Assembly (NCBI GenBank): GCA_044226195.1
Contig: JBGAHO010000013.1
Location: 16,465 to 80,464 of the forward strand
Length of the DNA stretch: 64,000 nucleotides
Direction of reading: 5' to 3'
Source of the DNA: Steroidobacteraceae bacterium
GTDB lineage: Bacteria > Pseudomonadota > Gammaproteobacteria > Steroidobacterales > Steroidobacteraceae
Shown: positions 1-12,813 of the stretch, piece after piece
Layout of the letters: every line of letters starts with the position of its first letter
Numbering within the stretch: the first letter of the stretch is position 1
Position numbers and translations under genes: made by a program
Notes under the pieces: generated by a model
The model's input: the letters and a program-made list of their open reading frames with translations, nothing else
Databases searched by the model: none
What the model was told of the DNA's origin: nothing

Positions 1-561
1 GCGGGGCCCCTGGATGCTGCCCGGCAGGATCGCGTTCACGCGCACCCCCTCCGGACCGAGTTCCATCGCGAGCGTCTTCATGAAGCCGAGCAGGCCCCAC
101 TTCGCGGCGGCATAGGGCGCGCGCAGCGGGAAGCCGCCGAACGCGGCGCTCGACGAGATGATCAGGATGGAGCCGCCGCCCGCCCGGCGGATGAGCGGCA
201 CCGCACGACGCGTGCAGTAGAAGTGGCTGTGCAGATCCACCGCGAGCGTGCGGTCCCAGTCGGCAGGTGCGATGTCTTCGACGCGGGCCGTCGGCCCGGC
301 CATGCCGGCATTGTTCACCAGCACGTCGATGCGCCCGGCCTGCGCCGCGATGGCATCGAACCAGGCGTCGACCTGCCGGGGATCGGCCACGTCGACCACG
401 TCGGCCACGGACGCCGGATGCTCGCGACGGTAGGTGTCGACCGCGGCGGCGTTGGCGTCGCACACGAAGGTCCGATAGCCGACGGCCTCGAAGCGCTCCG
501 CCAGCCGGCGGCCGAGTCCGGTCGCCGCTCCCGAGATGACCATGACCGGAGCGTCGCTCAT
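1..561 (-). CDS. SDR family oxidoreductase, N-terminal part (3' end runs off the window)
   Basis: Hand translation of the minus strand from ATG (CAT at 559-561): MSDAPVMVISGAATGLGRRLAERF...VLVNNAG...YAAAKWGLLGFMKTLAMELGPEGVRVNAILPG. Shows the glycine-rich NAD(P) loop, NNAG and YxxxK motifs. Absent from the ORF track because it is open at the window edge. Confidence 0.85.
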   Translation of the reverse strand, partial: MSDAPVMVISGAATGLGRRLAERFEAVGYRTFVCDANAAAVDTYRREHPASVADVVDVADPRQVDAWFDAIAAQAGRIDVLVNNAGMAGPTARVEDIAPADWDRTLAVDLHSHFYCTRRAVPLIRRAGGGSILIISSSAAFGGFPLRAPYAAAKWGLLGFMKTLAMELGPEGVRVNAILPGSIQGPR

Positions 562-588
562 CCCTACTCCCCTGCGGCGCCCGCGCCG

Positions 589-1959
589 CTATTTCTTCGG
601 CTGCTTCTCCGGGCGCTTCCAGCCGTCGAGCGTGACCTGCTTCGCGCGCTCGAGCGTGAGCTTGCCGTCGGGCGCGTCCTTGGTGATCGTCGAGCCGGCG
701 CCGATGGTCGCGCCCGGGCCGATCTTGATGGGCGCCACCAGCATCGAGCCCGAGCCGATGAACGCGCCGTCGCCGATCTCGGTGCGCCACTTGTTCGCGC
801 CGTCGTAGTTGCAGCAGATCGTGCCGGCGCCGACGTTCACCTTGCGGCCGATGTCGGCGTCACCCACGTAGGCGAGGTGGTTGGCCTTGCTGCCGGGGCC
901 GAGGTGGCTGTTCTTCACCTCGACGAAGTTGCCGATGTGCACGCCGGCCTGGAGCGTCGAGGTCGGACGGAACCGCGCGAACGGGCCGATGTTGCACTCG
1001 GCGCCGATGATCGCGCTGTCGATCACGCAGTTCGCGAACACCACGGTGTCGTCGCCGATGGTCGCGTCCTTGATGACGACGTTGGGCCCGATGCGCACGC
1101 GATGGCCGAGCTTCACCGTGCCCTCGAGCACGACGTTGACATCGATGAAGACGTCGCGACCGACTTCGACGGGACCCCGGGCATCGAAGCGCGCGGGATC
1201 GGCCAGCGTCACGCCCTGCAGCATCAGAGCGGTGGCGCGACGACGGCGGTACACGGCCTCGACCTCGGCGAGTTGCACCTTGTCGTTGACGCCGAGCACC
1301 TCGTCCTCGCGGTCGGCCAGCACGGCGTTGACCTTGAGTCCCGCCTTCGCCGCCATCACCACGATGTCGGTGAGGTAGTACTCGCCCTGCGCGTTGTCGT
1401 TCCTGAGCTGCCCGAGCCAGTCGCGTAGACGCTGCGCGGGCACGGCGAGCAGGCCGGTGTTCACTTCGTCGATGGCGCGTTCCTTGGCGTTCGCGTCCTT
1501 GTGCTCGACGATGCGCGCGACGTTGCCGGCGCGGTCACGGATGATGCGGCCGTAGCCGGTCGGGTCCTGCATCCGCACCGAGAGCACGCCGATCGACGTG
1601 TCGCTCGCTGCATCGACCAGGCGACGCAGCGTGGCAGCCTCCACCATCGGCACGTCGCCGTAGAGGATGAGCGCCAGGTGATCGTCCGGCACTGCCGGCA
1701 TCGCCTGCATCACGGCGTGACCGGTGCCGAGCTGCTCGGCCTGCAGCGCCCAGGTGAGGTCGGGGGCATTCAGCGCGTCGCGCACGCGCTCGCCTCCGTG
1801 GCCATAGACCACGTGGATGTCCGCCGCCTGCATCTCGCGAGCGGTGTCGATCACGTGCTGCAGGAGCGGCCGGCCGGCGAGCGGCTGCAGCACCTTCGGC
1901 AGGTCGGATTTCATGCGCTTGCCCTGGCCGGCGGCCAGGATCACGACGGAAATGGGCAT
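589..1959 (-). CDS. glmU: Bifunctional UDP-N-acetylglucosamine pyrophosphorylase / glucosamine-1-phosphate N-acetyltransferase
   Basis: Inside ORF 589..2337. The recognisable protein starts at MPISVVILAAGQGKRMKSDLPKVLQPLAGRPLL (ATG at 1959, checked in the DNA). The C-terminal left-handed beta-helix hexapeptide repeats are clear. 456 aa. Sits downstream of atpC as in many Proteobacteria. Confidence 0.95.
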   Translation of the reverse strand: MPISVVILAAGQGKRMKSDLPKVLQPLAGRPLLQHVIDTAREMQAADIHVVYGHGGERVRDALNAPDLTWALQAEQLGTGHAVMQAMPAVPDDHLALILYGDVPMVEAATLRRLVDAASDTSIGVLSVRMQDPTGYGRIIRDRAGNVARIVEHKDANAKERAIDEVNTGLLAVPAQRLRDWLGQLRNDNAQGEYYLTDIVVMAAKAGLKVNAVLADREDEVLGVNDKVQLAEVEAVYRRRRATALMLQGVTLADPARFDARGPVEVGRDVFIDVNVVLEGTVKLGHRVRIGPNVVIKDATIGDDTVVFANCVIDSAIIGAECNIGPFARFRPTSTLQAGVHIGNFVEVKNSHLGPGSKANHLAYVGDADIGRKVNVGAGTICCNYDGANKWRTEIGDGAFIGSGSMLVAPIKIGPGATIGAGSTITKDAPDGKLTLERAKQVTLDGWKRPEKQPKK

Positions 1960-2033
1960 CGGCGGGTCCTTGGTCTTGCGGGATGCTTCTGTCGAAGTGT
2001 CGTGGGCCGTGCGTGCGACGTATGTCGCTGGGT

Positions 2034-2330
2034 TCAGGCCGCCAATTTGACGCGGATACTGCGGCCCAGTGCGACGGCGGCACGGCTGATCGTGGCCAGG
2101 GTCACCGACGGATCGTCGGCGTCGAGCAGGCGATGCACCACCGCGCGGCTGGTCTTCATCCGTCGCGCCAGCTCCGCCTGCGAGACATTGCCCTGCTTCA
2201 TCGCTCGCTCCAGTTCCCAGGCAAGGACACGCTTCACCGCCAGCGCCGTGGCGGCCTCCAGCCGGCCGTCCTCCGCCAGGAACTCCTCGAATCGACTGCC
2301 AACATGTGGATTGCGTTTCTTGCGAGCCAT
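2034..2330 (-). CDS. higA: HTH (XRE-like) antitoxin, HigA-like
   Basis: Inside ORF 2034..2486. ATG at 2330 gives MARKKRNPHVGSRFEEFLAEDGRLE...NVSQAELARRMKTSRAVVHRLLD (helix-turn-helix). Lies 22 nt downstream of a Gp49/HigB-like toxin gene. Confidence 0.8.
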   Translation of the reverse strand: MARKKRNPHVGSRFEEFLAEDGRLEAATALAVKRVLAWELERAMKQGNVSQAELARRMKTSRAVVHRLLDADDPSVTLATISRAAVALGRSIRVKLAA

Positions 2331-2352
2331 GTAGCACTTCCTAGAGCGACCG

Positions 2353-2703
2353 TCATTTGGCAGCATCCTTGAGGCGCGCCAGCCGCCTGCTTGCGGTCGC
2401 CAGCTCGTTCGCCGGGGTCTTTCGACTCCGCTTGATGAAGCCATGCAAGAGGACGGCTTCATCCCTGGCCACCGTGAACAGTACACGAGCGGTTCGACCC
2501 ACCAGCTGCACTCTGATCTCCCACAGGTCCGGCTGGAGCTTGCGCACCAGCGGCATGCCGATCGGCCACCCGAACTGCAGGGCTCGAATGTCGTCGCCGA
2601 TGCGATGTCGCTCTGCGGCCGGCAGTCCCCGCAGCCAGTCGCGCACCGGCTCGACGCCTGCCTCCGTGCGGAAGAATCGGCACTTCAGCCTCGGCTGCTC
2701 CAT
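2353..2703 (-). CDS. higB: Type II toxin, RelE/ParE superfamily, Gp49/HigB-like
   Basis: ORF 2353..2703, 116 aa. FFRTEAGVEPVRDWLRGLP...LWEIRV...ARVLFTVARDEAVLLHGFIKRSRKTPANEL is typical of DUF891/Gp49 HigB toxins. Toxin-before-antitoxin order is the hig arrangement. Confidence 0.8.
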   Translation of the reverse strand: MEQPRLKCRFFRTEAGVEPVRDWLRGLPAAERHRIGDDIRALQFGWPIGMPLVRKLQPDLWEIRVQLVGRTARVLFTVARDEAVLLHGFIKRSRKTPANELATASRRLARLKDAAK

Positions 2704-2710
2704 CCCCGGA

Positions 2711-2746
2711 CCGTATCAAAATAGATACGGCGCCTGCCGATGTCAA
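2711..2746 (-). promoter_or_regulatory. Candidate higBA promoter with palindromic operator
   Basis: Minus strand reads TTGACA (2746-2741), a 17-nt spacer, TATTTT (2723-2718), then ATG at 2703. The palindrome CCGTATC-N6-GATACGG (2711-2730) spans the -10, as expected for antitoxin autorepression. Confidence 0.45.
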
Positions 2747-2761
2747 ATCTGGCGAATCGAA

Positions 2762-2801
2762 ACGGAAAAAGCCCTCTCCCGCTCGCGCGGAAGAGGGCTT
2801 C
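2762..2801 (-). terminator. Rho-independent terminator after atpC
   Basis: Minus strand reads GAAGCCCTCTTCC-GCGCGAGC-GGGAGAGGGCTT followed by TTTTTCCGTTT, beginning 17 nt after the atpC stop. Confidence 0.75.
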
Positions 2802-2817
2802 AGGGGGTTGGCGCGGC

Positions 2818-3240
2818 TCAGCTGCGGATCTTGCGCAGCTTCTGGATCGCCGCCAGCTGGGCGGTGAGGGACGACAGCTCGGCTTCGACGCTGGCGATGT
2901 CCTGCTTCTCGCTGCGGGCGCGCAGGGCTTCTTCGGCCACGCGCTTCGCTTCGAGCACCTTCGCCTCGTCGAGGTCCGCGGCACGAATGGCGGTATCGGA
3001 GAGCACGTTGATGTGGTCGGGCTGCACTTCGAGGAAGCCGCCCTGCACGAACACCATCTCCTCTTCGGCCTTGCCGGGCACCTTGATGCGCACCGTGCCG
3101 GCCTTGATCTGGGTGATCAGGGGGGCGTGGCGCGGATAGATGCCGAGCTCGCCCATGATGCCGGGCAGCACCACGAACTCGGCTTCACCCGAGTAGATGC
3201 TCTTCTCGGCACTCACGACGTCGATGTGCATGGTGGCCAT
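2818..3240 (-). CDS. atpC: F0F1 ATP synthase subunit epsilon
   Basis: ORF 140 aa, [27 protein letters not shown]. Last gene of the atp operon by position. Confidence 0.95.
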   Translation of the reverse strand: MATMHIDVVSAEKSIYSGEAEFVVLPGIMGELGIYPRHAPLITQIKAGTVRIKVPGKAEEEMVFVQGGFLEVQPDHINVLSDTAIRAADLDEAKVLEAKRVAEEALRARSEKQDIASVEAELSSLTAQLAAIQKLRKIRS

Positions 3241-3249
3241 GGCGGTTCC

Positions 3250-7208
<3,959 letters not shown>

Positions 7209-7260
7209 GTAGGCAATCCTCTGCAGGCCTGGGCCTCGTTGGCCGGCCGTTGGTGCTGTG

Positions 7261-7797
7261 TCAGCCAGTCAATTCCGTGCCGAGCTTGGCGAGCTTGCCG
7301 GCGAGCGACCCGTCGATGAGCATGTCGCCCGAGCGCACGACCGCGCCGCCGACCAGCGAAGGGTCGACAGTGCAATGCAACCGCACGTCGCGGCGCAGTC
7401 GTGTGCGCAGCGCGCCGGCGAGGCGCTGCTGCTGGGCGTCGCTCAACGAGACCGCCGAGACGATCTCGACGTCGGCGACGTTCTGGTCCTCGGCCTTGAG
7501 CTCCTCGAAGCGCGTGGCGATCTCCGGCAGGTAGCCGAGGCGATCGTTCTCCACCAGCAGGTCGAGCAGGGCGCGGCCGTGCGTGTCGATCCGCTCGCCG
7601 CAGACGCCGGCGATCAGCTCGAGCAGCTGCCGCTCGCTGATGCCGGGGCTGGCGGCGAGCTTGGCGTACTCCTCGCTCGCGACCACGCCGCGGGCCGTCT
7701 GCAACCAGGCGGACCACTGCTCCAGCGCGCCCTTGTCGCGCGCGAAGGCGAAGGCCGCCTTGGCGTACGGACGGGCTACCGTGGCTCTCTCGGCCAT
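7261..7797 (-). CDS. atpH: F0F1 ATP synthase subunit delta
   Basis: ORF 178 aa, [19 protein letters not shown]. Lies between atpF and atpA. Confidence 0.9.
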   Translation of the reverse strand: MAERATVARPYAKAAFAFARDKGALEQWSAWLQTARGVVASEEYAKLAASPGISERQLLELIAGVCGERIDTHGRALLDLLVENDRLGYLPEIATRFEELKAEDQNVADVEIVSAVSLSDAQQQRLAGALRTRLRRDVRLHCTVDPSLVGGAVVRSGDMLIDGSLAGKLAKLGTELTG

Positions 7798-7827
7798 GCT
7801 GTCACTCCTCTCGGGCTGCCGCGGCCA

Positions 7828-8313
7828 TCAGGCCTTGGCGCCCTCGATTTCGCGGGCGAGCTGCTCGATCAGGTCGGCGTGCGCCTTCGGGTCGATCTCG
7901 CGCTGCAGGAGCTTCGAGGCACCGGCCACCGCCAGCGTCGCGACGTCCTTGCGGAGCGCGTCGCGGGCCCGGGCCTGCTCGAGGTTGATCTCCTGCTTGG
8001 CGTCGCCGACCAGCCGCTGGCCTTCCGCAATCGCGGTGCTGCGCGCCTCGTCGACGATCTCGCCCGAGCGCTTGTTCGCCTGGTCGATGATCTTCAGGGC
8101 CTTGTCACGGGCCTCGCTGACGATCGACTGGGCCTGGCCATGGGCGCTCGACAACTCGTTCTGTCCGCGCTCGGCGGCAGCGAGGCCTTCGGCGATCTTC
8201 TTCTGCCGGTCCTCGACCGCCTTCATGAGGGGCGGCCAGATGAACTTCCAGGAGAACCAGATCAGGATCCCGAAGACCAGCATCTGCCCGAGCAGCGTCG
8301 CATTGATATCCAT
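7828..8313 (-). CDS. atpF: F0F1 ATP synthase subunit b
   Basis: ORF 161 aa. One N-terminal TM helix followed by a long charged helix. Operon position fits. Confidence 0.9.
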   Translation of the reverse strand: MDINATLLGQMLVFGILIWFSWKFIWPPLMKAVEDRQKKIAEGLAAAERGQNELSSAHGQAQSIVSEARDKALKIIDQANKRSGEIVDEARSTAIAEGQRLVGDAKQEINLEQARARDALRKDVATLAVAGASKLLQREIDPKAHADLIEQLAREIEGAKA

Positions 8314-8339
8314 GGCGACGACCTCGCGTCAGGTGCGGG

Positions 8340-9906
<1,567 letters not shown>

Positions 9907-10279
9907 GGCCTCTCTCAATTCTTCCGGACGAGGGTTGCCTCGGGACTGCTCAGTCCCGCCGTTACGTGGCCTCCGGTAAGCCGCGGAATTATAGCGGTTC
10001 TTTTTGCACTGCTTCAATCCGGGCGGAACAGGAAAACAGGGCCGGGGCAGGGAATGTCCGGACAGGGGAATGGGCCGGCGCGGAGGACCCTGACCGGGCC
10101 GGGCGAGCGTTCGGGGAGAGGGTCGGGAAGGTGGGTCCCGGCAGCAGGGGGTCGCCGGTATTATTCAATATAGATGACTAATGGCCGTCATTCCGACCCA
10201 TCACGGGGTAGCTATTGATCAATTCGGGTGATTAATCCGAGTCGCAGCCCGGCGGCCGCGCCGGCCGCCCGTCGCCGGC

Positions 10280-11209
10280 TCACTGGATGTGGGCGAGGAT
10301 CCCGTCCAGCTCGTCGAGGCTGTTGTAGTTGATGACGAGCTTGCCCTTGCCGCCGCCCGAATGCTGCAGCAGCACCTTGGCGCCGAGCTTGTCGGCGAGG
10401 TCCTGCTCGAGGCGGGTGATGTTCGGGTCGCGACGCTCGGGCTCGCGATTGCTCGCCGGGTCGTTCGCGTGCGTGAGCATCTTCTTCACGAGGGCTTCGG
10501 TCTCGCGGACCGACAGGCCCTTCTTTGCGACCAGCGCGCCGACTTCGGCCTGCTGGCGCGCGGCTGGCAGGCCGAGCAGGGCACGGGCGTGGCCCATCTC
10601 GAGCTGCCGCTGTTCGACGAGGGTCTTCACCTCGTCGGCGAGTTCGAGCAGGCGCAGCAGGTTCGACACCGCGGCGCGCGACCGGCCCACGGCGTCGGCC
10701 GCCTGCTGGTGCGTCATCTCGAACTCGCGGATCAGGCGGTCGAGGGCGCGTGCTTCCTCCAGCGGATTGAGGTTCTCGCGCTGGATGTTCTCGATGAGCG
10801 ACATCGCCACCGCGGCCTCGTCGGGCACGCGGCGGATCACGGCCGGGATCTGGTGCAGGCCGGCCATCTGCGCGGCACGCCAGCGGCGCTCGCCCGCGAT
10901 GATCTCGTAGCGCACGGGTTCGCCGCTGCGCTGGGCGGTCAGCGGCCGCACCACGATCGGCTGGACCACGCCCTGCGCGCGGATCGAGTCCGCCAGCTCC
11001 TGCAGGCTCTCGGGGCGCATGTCGAGGCGCGGCTGGTAGCGACCGCGCTGCAGCAGGTCGACCGGGAGCTTCGCGAGTTCCTCGTCGAGCAATCGCGGTG
11101 CCGGCGCGGCGTCGGCCTCAGCCGGCTCGGCCGAGTTCGTCGACGGCGCGGTCTTGGTGCCGAGCAGGGCCTCGAGGCCGCGGCCCAGGGATGGTCGCTT
11201 GGTAGCCAT
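10280..11209 (-). CDS. parB: Chromosome partitioning protein ParB
   Basis: C-terminal 309 aa of ORF 10280..12076. ATG at 11209 (checked) gives MATKRPSLGRGLEALLG. Carries the ParB box GERRWRAA and an HTH. Confidence 0.95.
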   Translation of the reverse strand: MATKRPSLGRGLEALLGTKTAPSTNSAEPAEADAAPAPRLLDEELAKLPVDLLQRGRYQPRLDMRPESLQELADSIRAQGVVQPIVVRPLTAQRSGEPVRYEIIAGERRWRAAQMAGLHQIPAVIRRVPDEAAVAMSLIENIQRENLNPLEEARALDRLIREFEMTHQQAADAVGRSRAAVSNLLRLLELADEVKTLVEQRQLEMGHARALLGLPAARQQAEVGALVAKKGLSVRETEALVKKMLTHANDPASNREPERRDPNITRLEQDLADKLGAKVLLQHSGGGKGKLVINYNSLDELDGILAHIQ

Positions 11210-11247
11210 GCGTCTAAGTGTAGCGTCAGGAACGGCCGCGCGGCGGG

Positions 11248-12066
11248 TCACTCGACCGGCTGGCCGTCCTCGTCGAATTCCGGCTGCGCGCCGAGCTGCC
11301 CCTCTTCCTCGCGGCGGATCATCTCGCCGGCGAGCGCGAGGTAGGCGAGGGCGCCGCGGGAATCCTTGTCGTGGTAGAGCGCGGCCTTGCCGAAGCTCGG
11401 CGCCTCGGCCAGGCGCACGTTGCGCGGGATCACCGTGCGGAACACCTTGTCGCCGAAGTGCATCAGGAGCTGGCCCGACACTTCGTTCGAGAGGTTGTTC
11501 CGCGGGTCGAACATGGTGCGCAGGATGCCCTCGAGCTCGAGGTCCGGGTTCACGCTGCCCTTGATCTGCTCGATGGTGTTCATCAGCGCCGAGAGGCCCT
11601 CGAGCGCGTAGTACTCGCACTGCATCGGCACCAGCACGGAGTCGGCCGCGACCAGCGCGTTGAGCGTGAGCAGGTTGAGCGCGGGCGGGCAGTCGATGAG
11701 GATGACGTCGTAGAGGTTGCGCACGGGCTTCAGCGCATTGCGCAGGCGCATCTCGCGGCCGATCTTGGTCATCAGCTGCACTTCCGCCGCGACCAGGTCC
11801 TGGTTGCCGGGCAGCACCGTGAAGCTGCCCGGATCGACCGGCATCAGCGCCGCGGCGAGCTCGCATTCGCCGAGCAGCACGTCGGTCATCGAGTGCGCCA
11901 GGTTCGACTTGTCGATGCCGCAGCCCATGGTCGCGTTGCCCTGCGGATCGCTGTCGATCAGCAGTACCTTGCGGTGCGTGGCCGCGAGCGAGGCCGCGAG
12001 GTTCACCGAGGTGGTCGTCTTGCCGACGCCGCCTTTCTGGTTGGCAACTGCGATGACCCGTTTCAT
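11248..12066 (-). CDS. parA: Chromosome partitioning ATPase ParA (Soj)
   Basis: ORF 272 aa with the deviant Walker A NQKGGVGKTTT. Confidence 0.95.
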   Translation of the reverse strand: MKRVIAVANQKGGVGKTTTSVNLAASLAATHRKVLLIDSDPQGNATMGCGIDKSNLAHSMTDVLLGECELAAALMPVDPGSFTVLPGNQDLVAAEVQLMTKIGREMRLRNALKPVRNLYDVILIDCPPALNLLTLNALVAADSVLVPMQCEYYALEGLSALMNTIEQIKGSVNPDLELEGILRTMFDPRNNLSNEVSGQLLMHFGDKVFRTVIPRNVRLAEAPSFGKAALYHDKDSRGALAYLALAGEMIRREEEGQLGAQPEFDEDGQPVE

Positions 12067-12091
12067 GGACCGTCAAGGATACCGGGAAAAT

Positions 12092-12138
12092 GGGGACATT
12101 CCTCTTTTTCGGCAGGCGCGAAAAAGAGGAATGTCCCC
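12092..12138. repeat. REPIN-like inverted repeat, copy 1 (18-bp perfect arms, 11-nt loop)
   Basis: GGGGACATTCCTCTTTTT (12092-12109), cggcaggcgcg, AAAAAGAGGAATGTCCCC (12121-12138). Lies between the rsmG stop and the parA start. Confidence 0.9.
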
Positions 12139-12770
12139 TATTTCTCCAGGCGGGCGTGGGACCGGCACAGCTCGACGAGGTGGCGTTCCTCGTCGAGGCC
12201 GGGCACCTGCAGCTTGTGCACGGCAGCGACCTTCCAGCCGTTCAGCTTCTTCGCCAGTTCGTCCTCGGGAAACCGCCCCTTCATGGCGAGCAGCCGCCCG
12301 TCGCCGGCGACCAGCCCGCCCGCATACCGGACCAGGTCCGCAACCGGACCGACCGCCCGGGCCAGGACCGTGTCGAAACGGGGATGGGCGTCGTAGGCCT
12401 CGGCCCGTGACTGCACGACTTCGACGTTGGTGAGCGCGAGCGCATCGCGCACCACCTCGAGGAAGCGGCACTTCTTGCCGACCGACTCGATGAGCGCGAA
12501 GTGGCGATCGGGCGCCACGATCGCCAGCGGGATGCCCGGGAAGCCGGCGCCGCTGCCGACGTCGGCGACGCGCTCGCCGTGCAGCCACGGCACCATCGTG
12601 AGGCTGTCGAGCACGTGCTTGGTGACCTGCGACGGCCGGTCGCGGATCGCCGTGAGGTTGATGCGCGTGTTCCAGTCGTCCAGCAGGTCGAGATGCGCGG
12701 TCAGCTTCGCGACCTGCGCGGGCGTGAGTTCGACGCCGAGTGCACGTGCGCCGTCGAGGAGCGTGGTCAT
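12138..12770 (-). CDS. rsmG: 16S rRNA (guanine527-N7)-methyltransferase
   Basis: ORF 210 aa, SAM motif DVGSGAGFPGIPLAI. Sits upstream of parAB. Confidence 0.93.
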   Translation of the reverse strand: MTTLLDGARALGVELTPAQVAKLTAHLDLLDDWNTRINLTAIRDRPSQVTKHVLDSLTMVPWLHGERVADVGSGAGFPGIPLAIVAPDRHFALIESVGKKCRFLEVVRDALALTNVEVVQSRAEAYDAHPRFDTVLARAVGPVADLVRYAGGLVAGDGRLLAMKGRFPEDELAKKLNGWKVAAVHKLQVPGLDEERHLVELCRSHARLEK

Positions 12771-12813
12771 CCGCGCAGGATACCCGCCCCGGCGTCCCGG
12801 CGCCCGCCTGCGC

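Noticed and set aside
9907-10181. Extended atpI start (TTG at 10017) and plus-strand ORFs 9793..10173 and 9966..10181
   Set aside because: The translations are Gly/Arg-rich products of the G-run tract, with no start context or motif.
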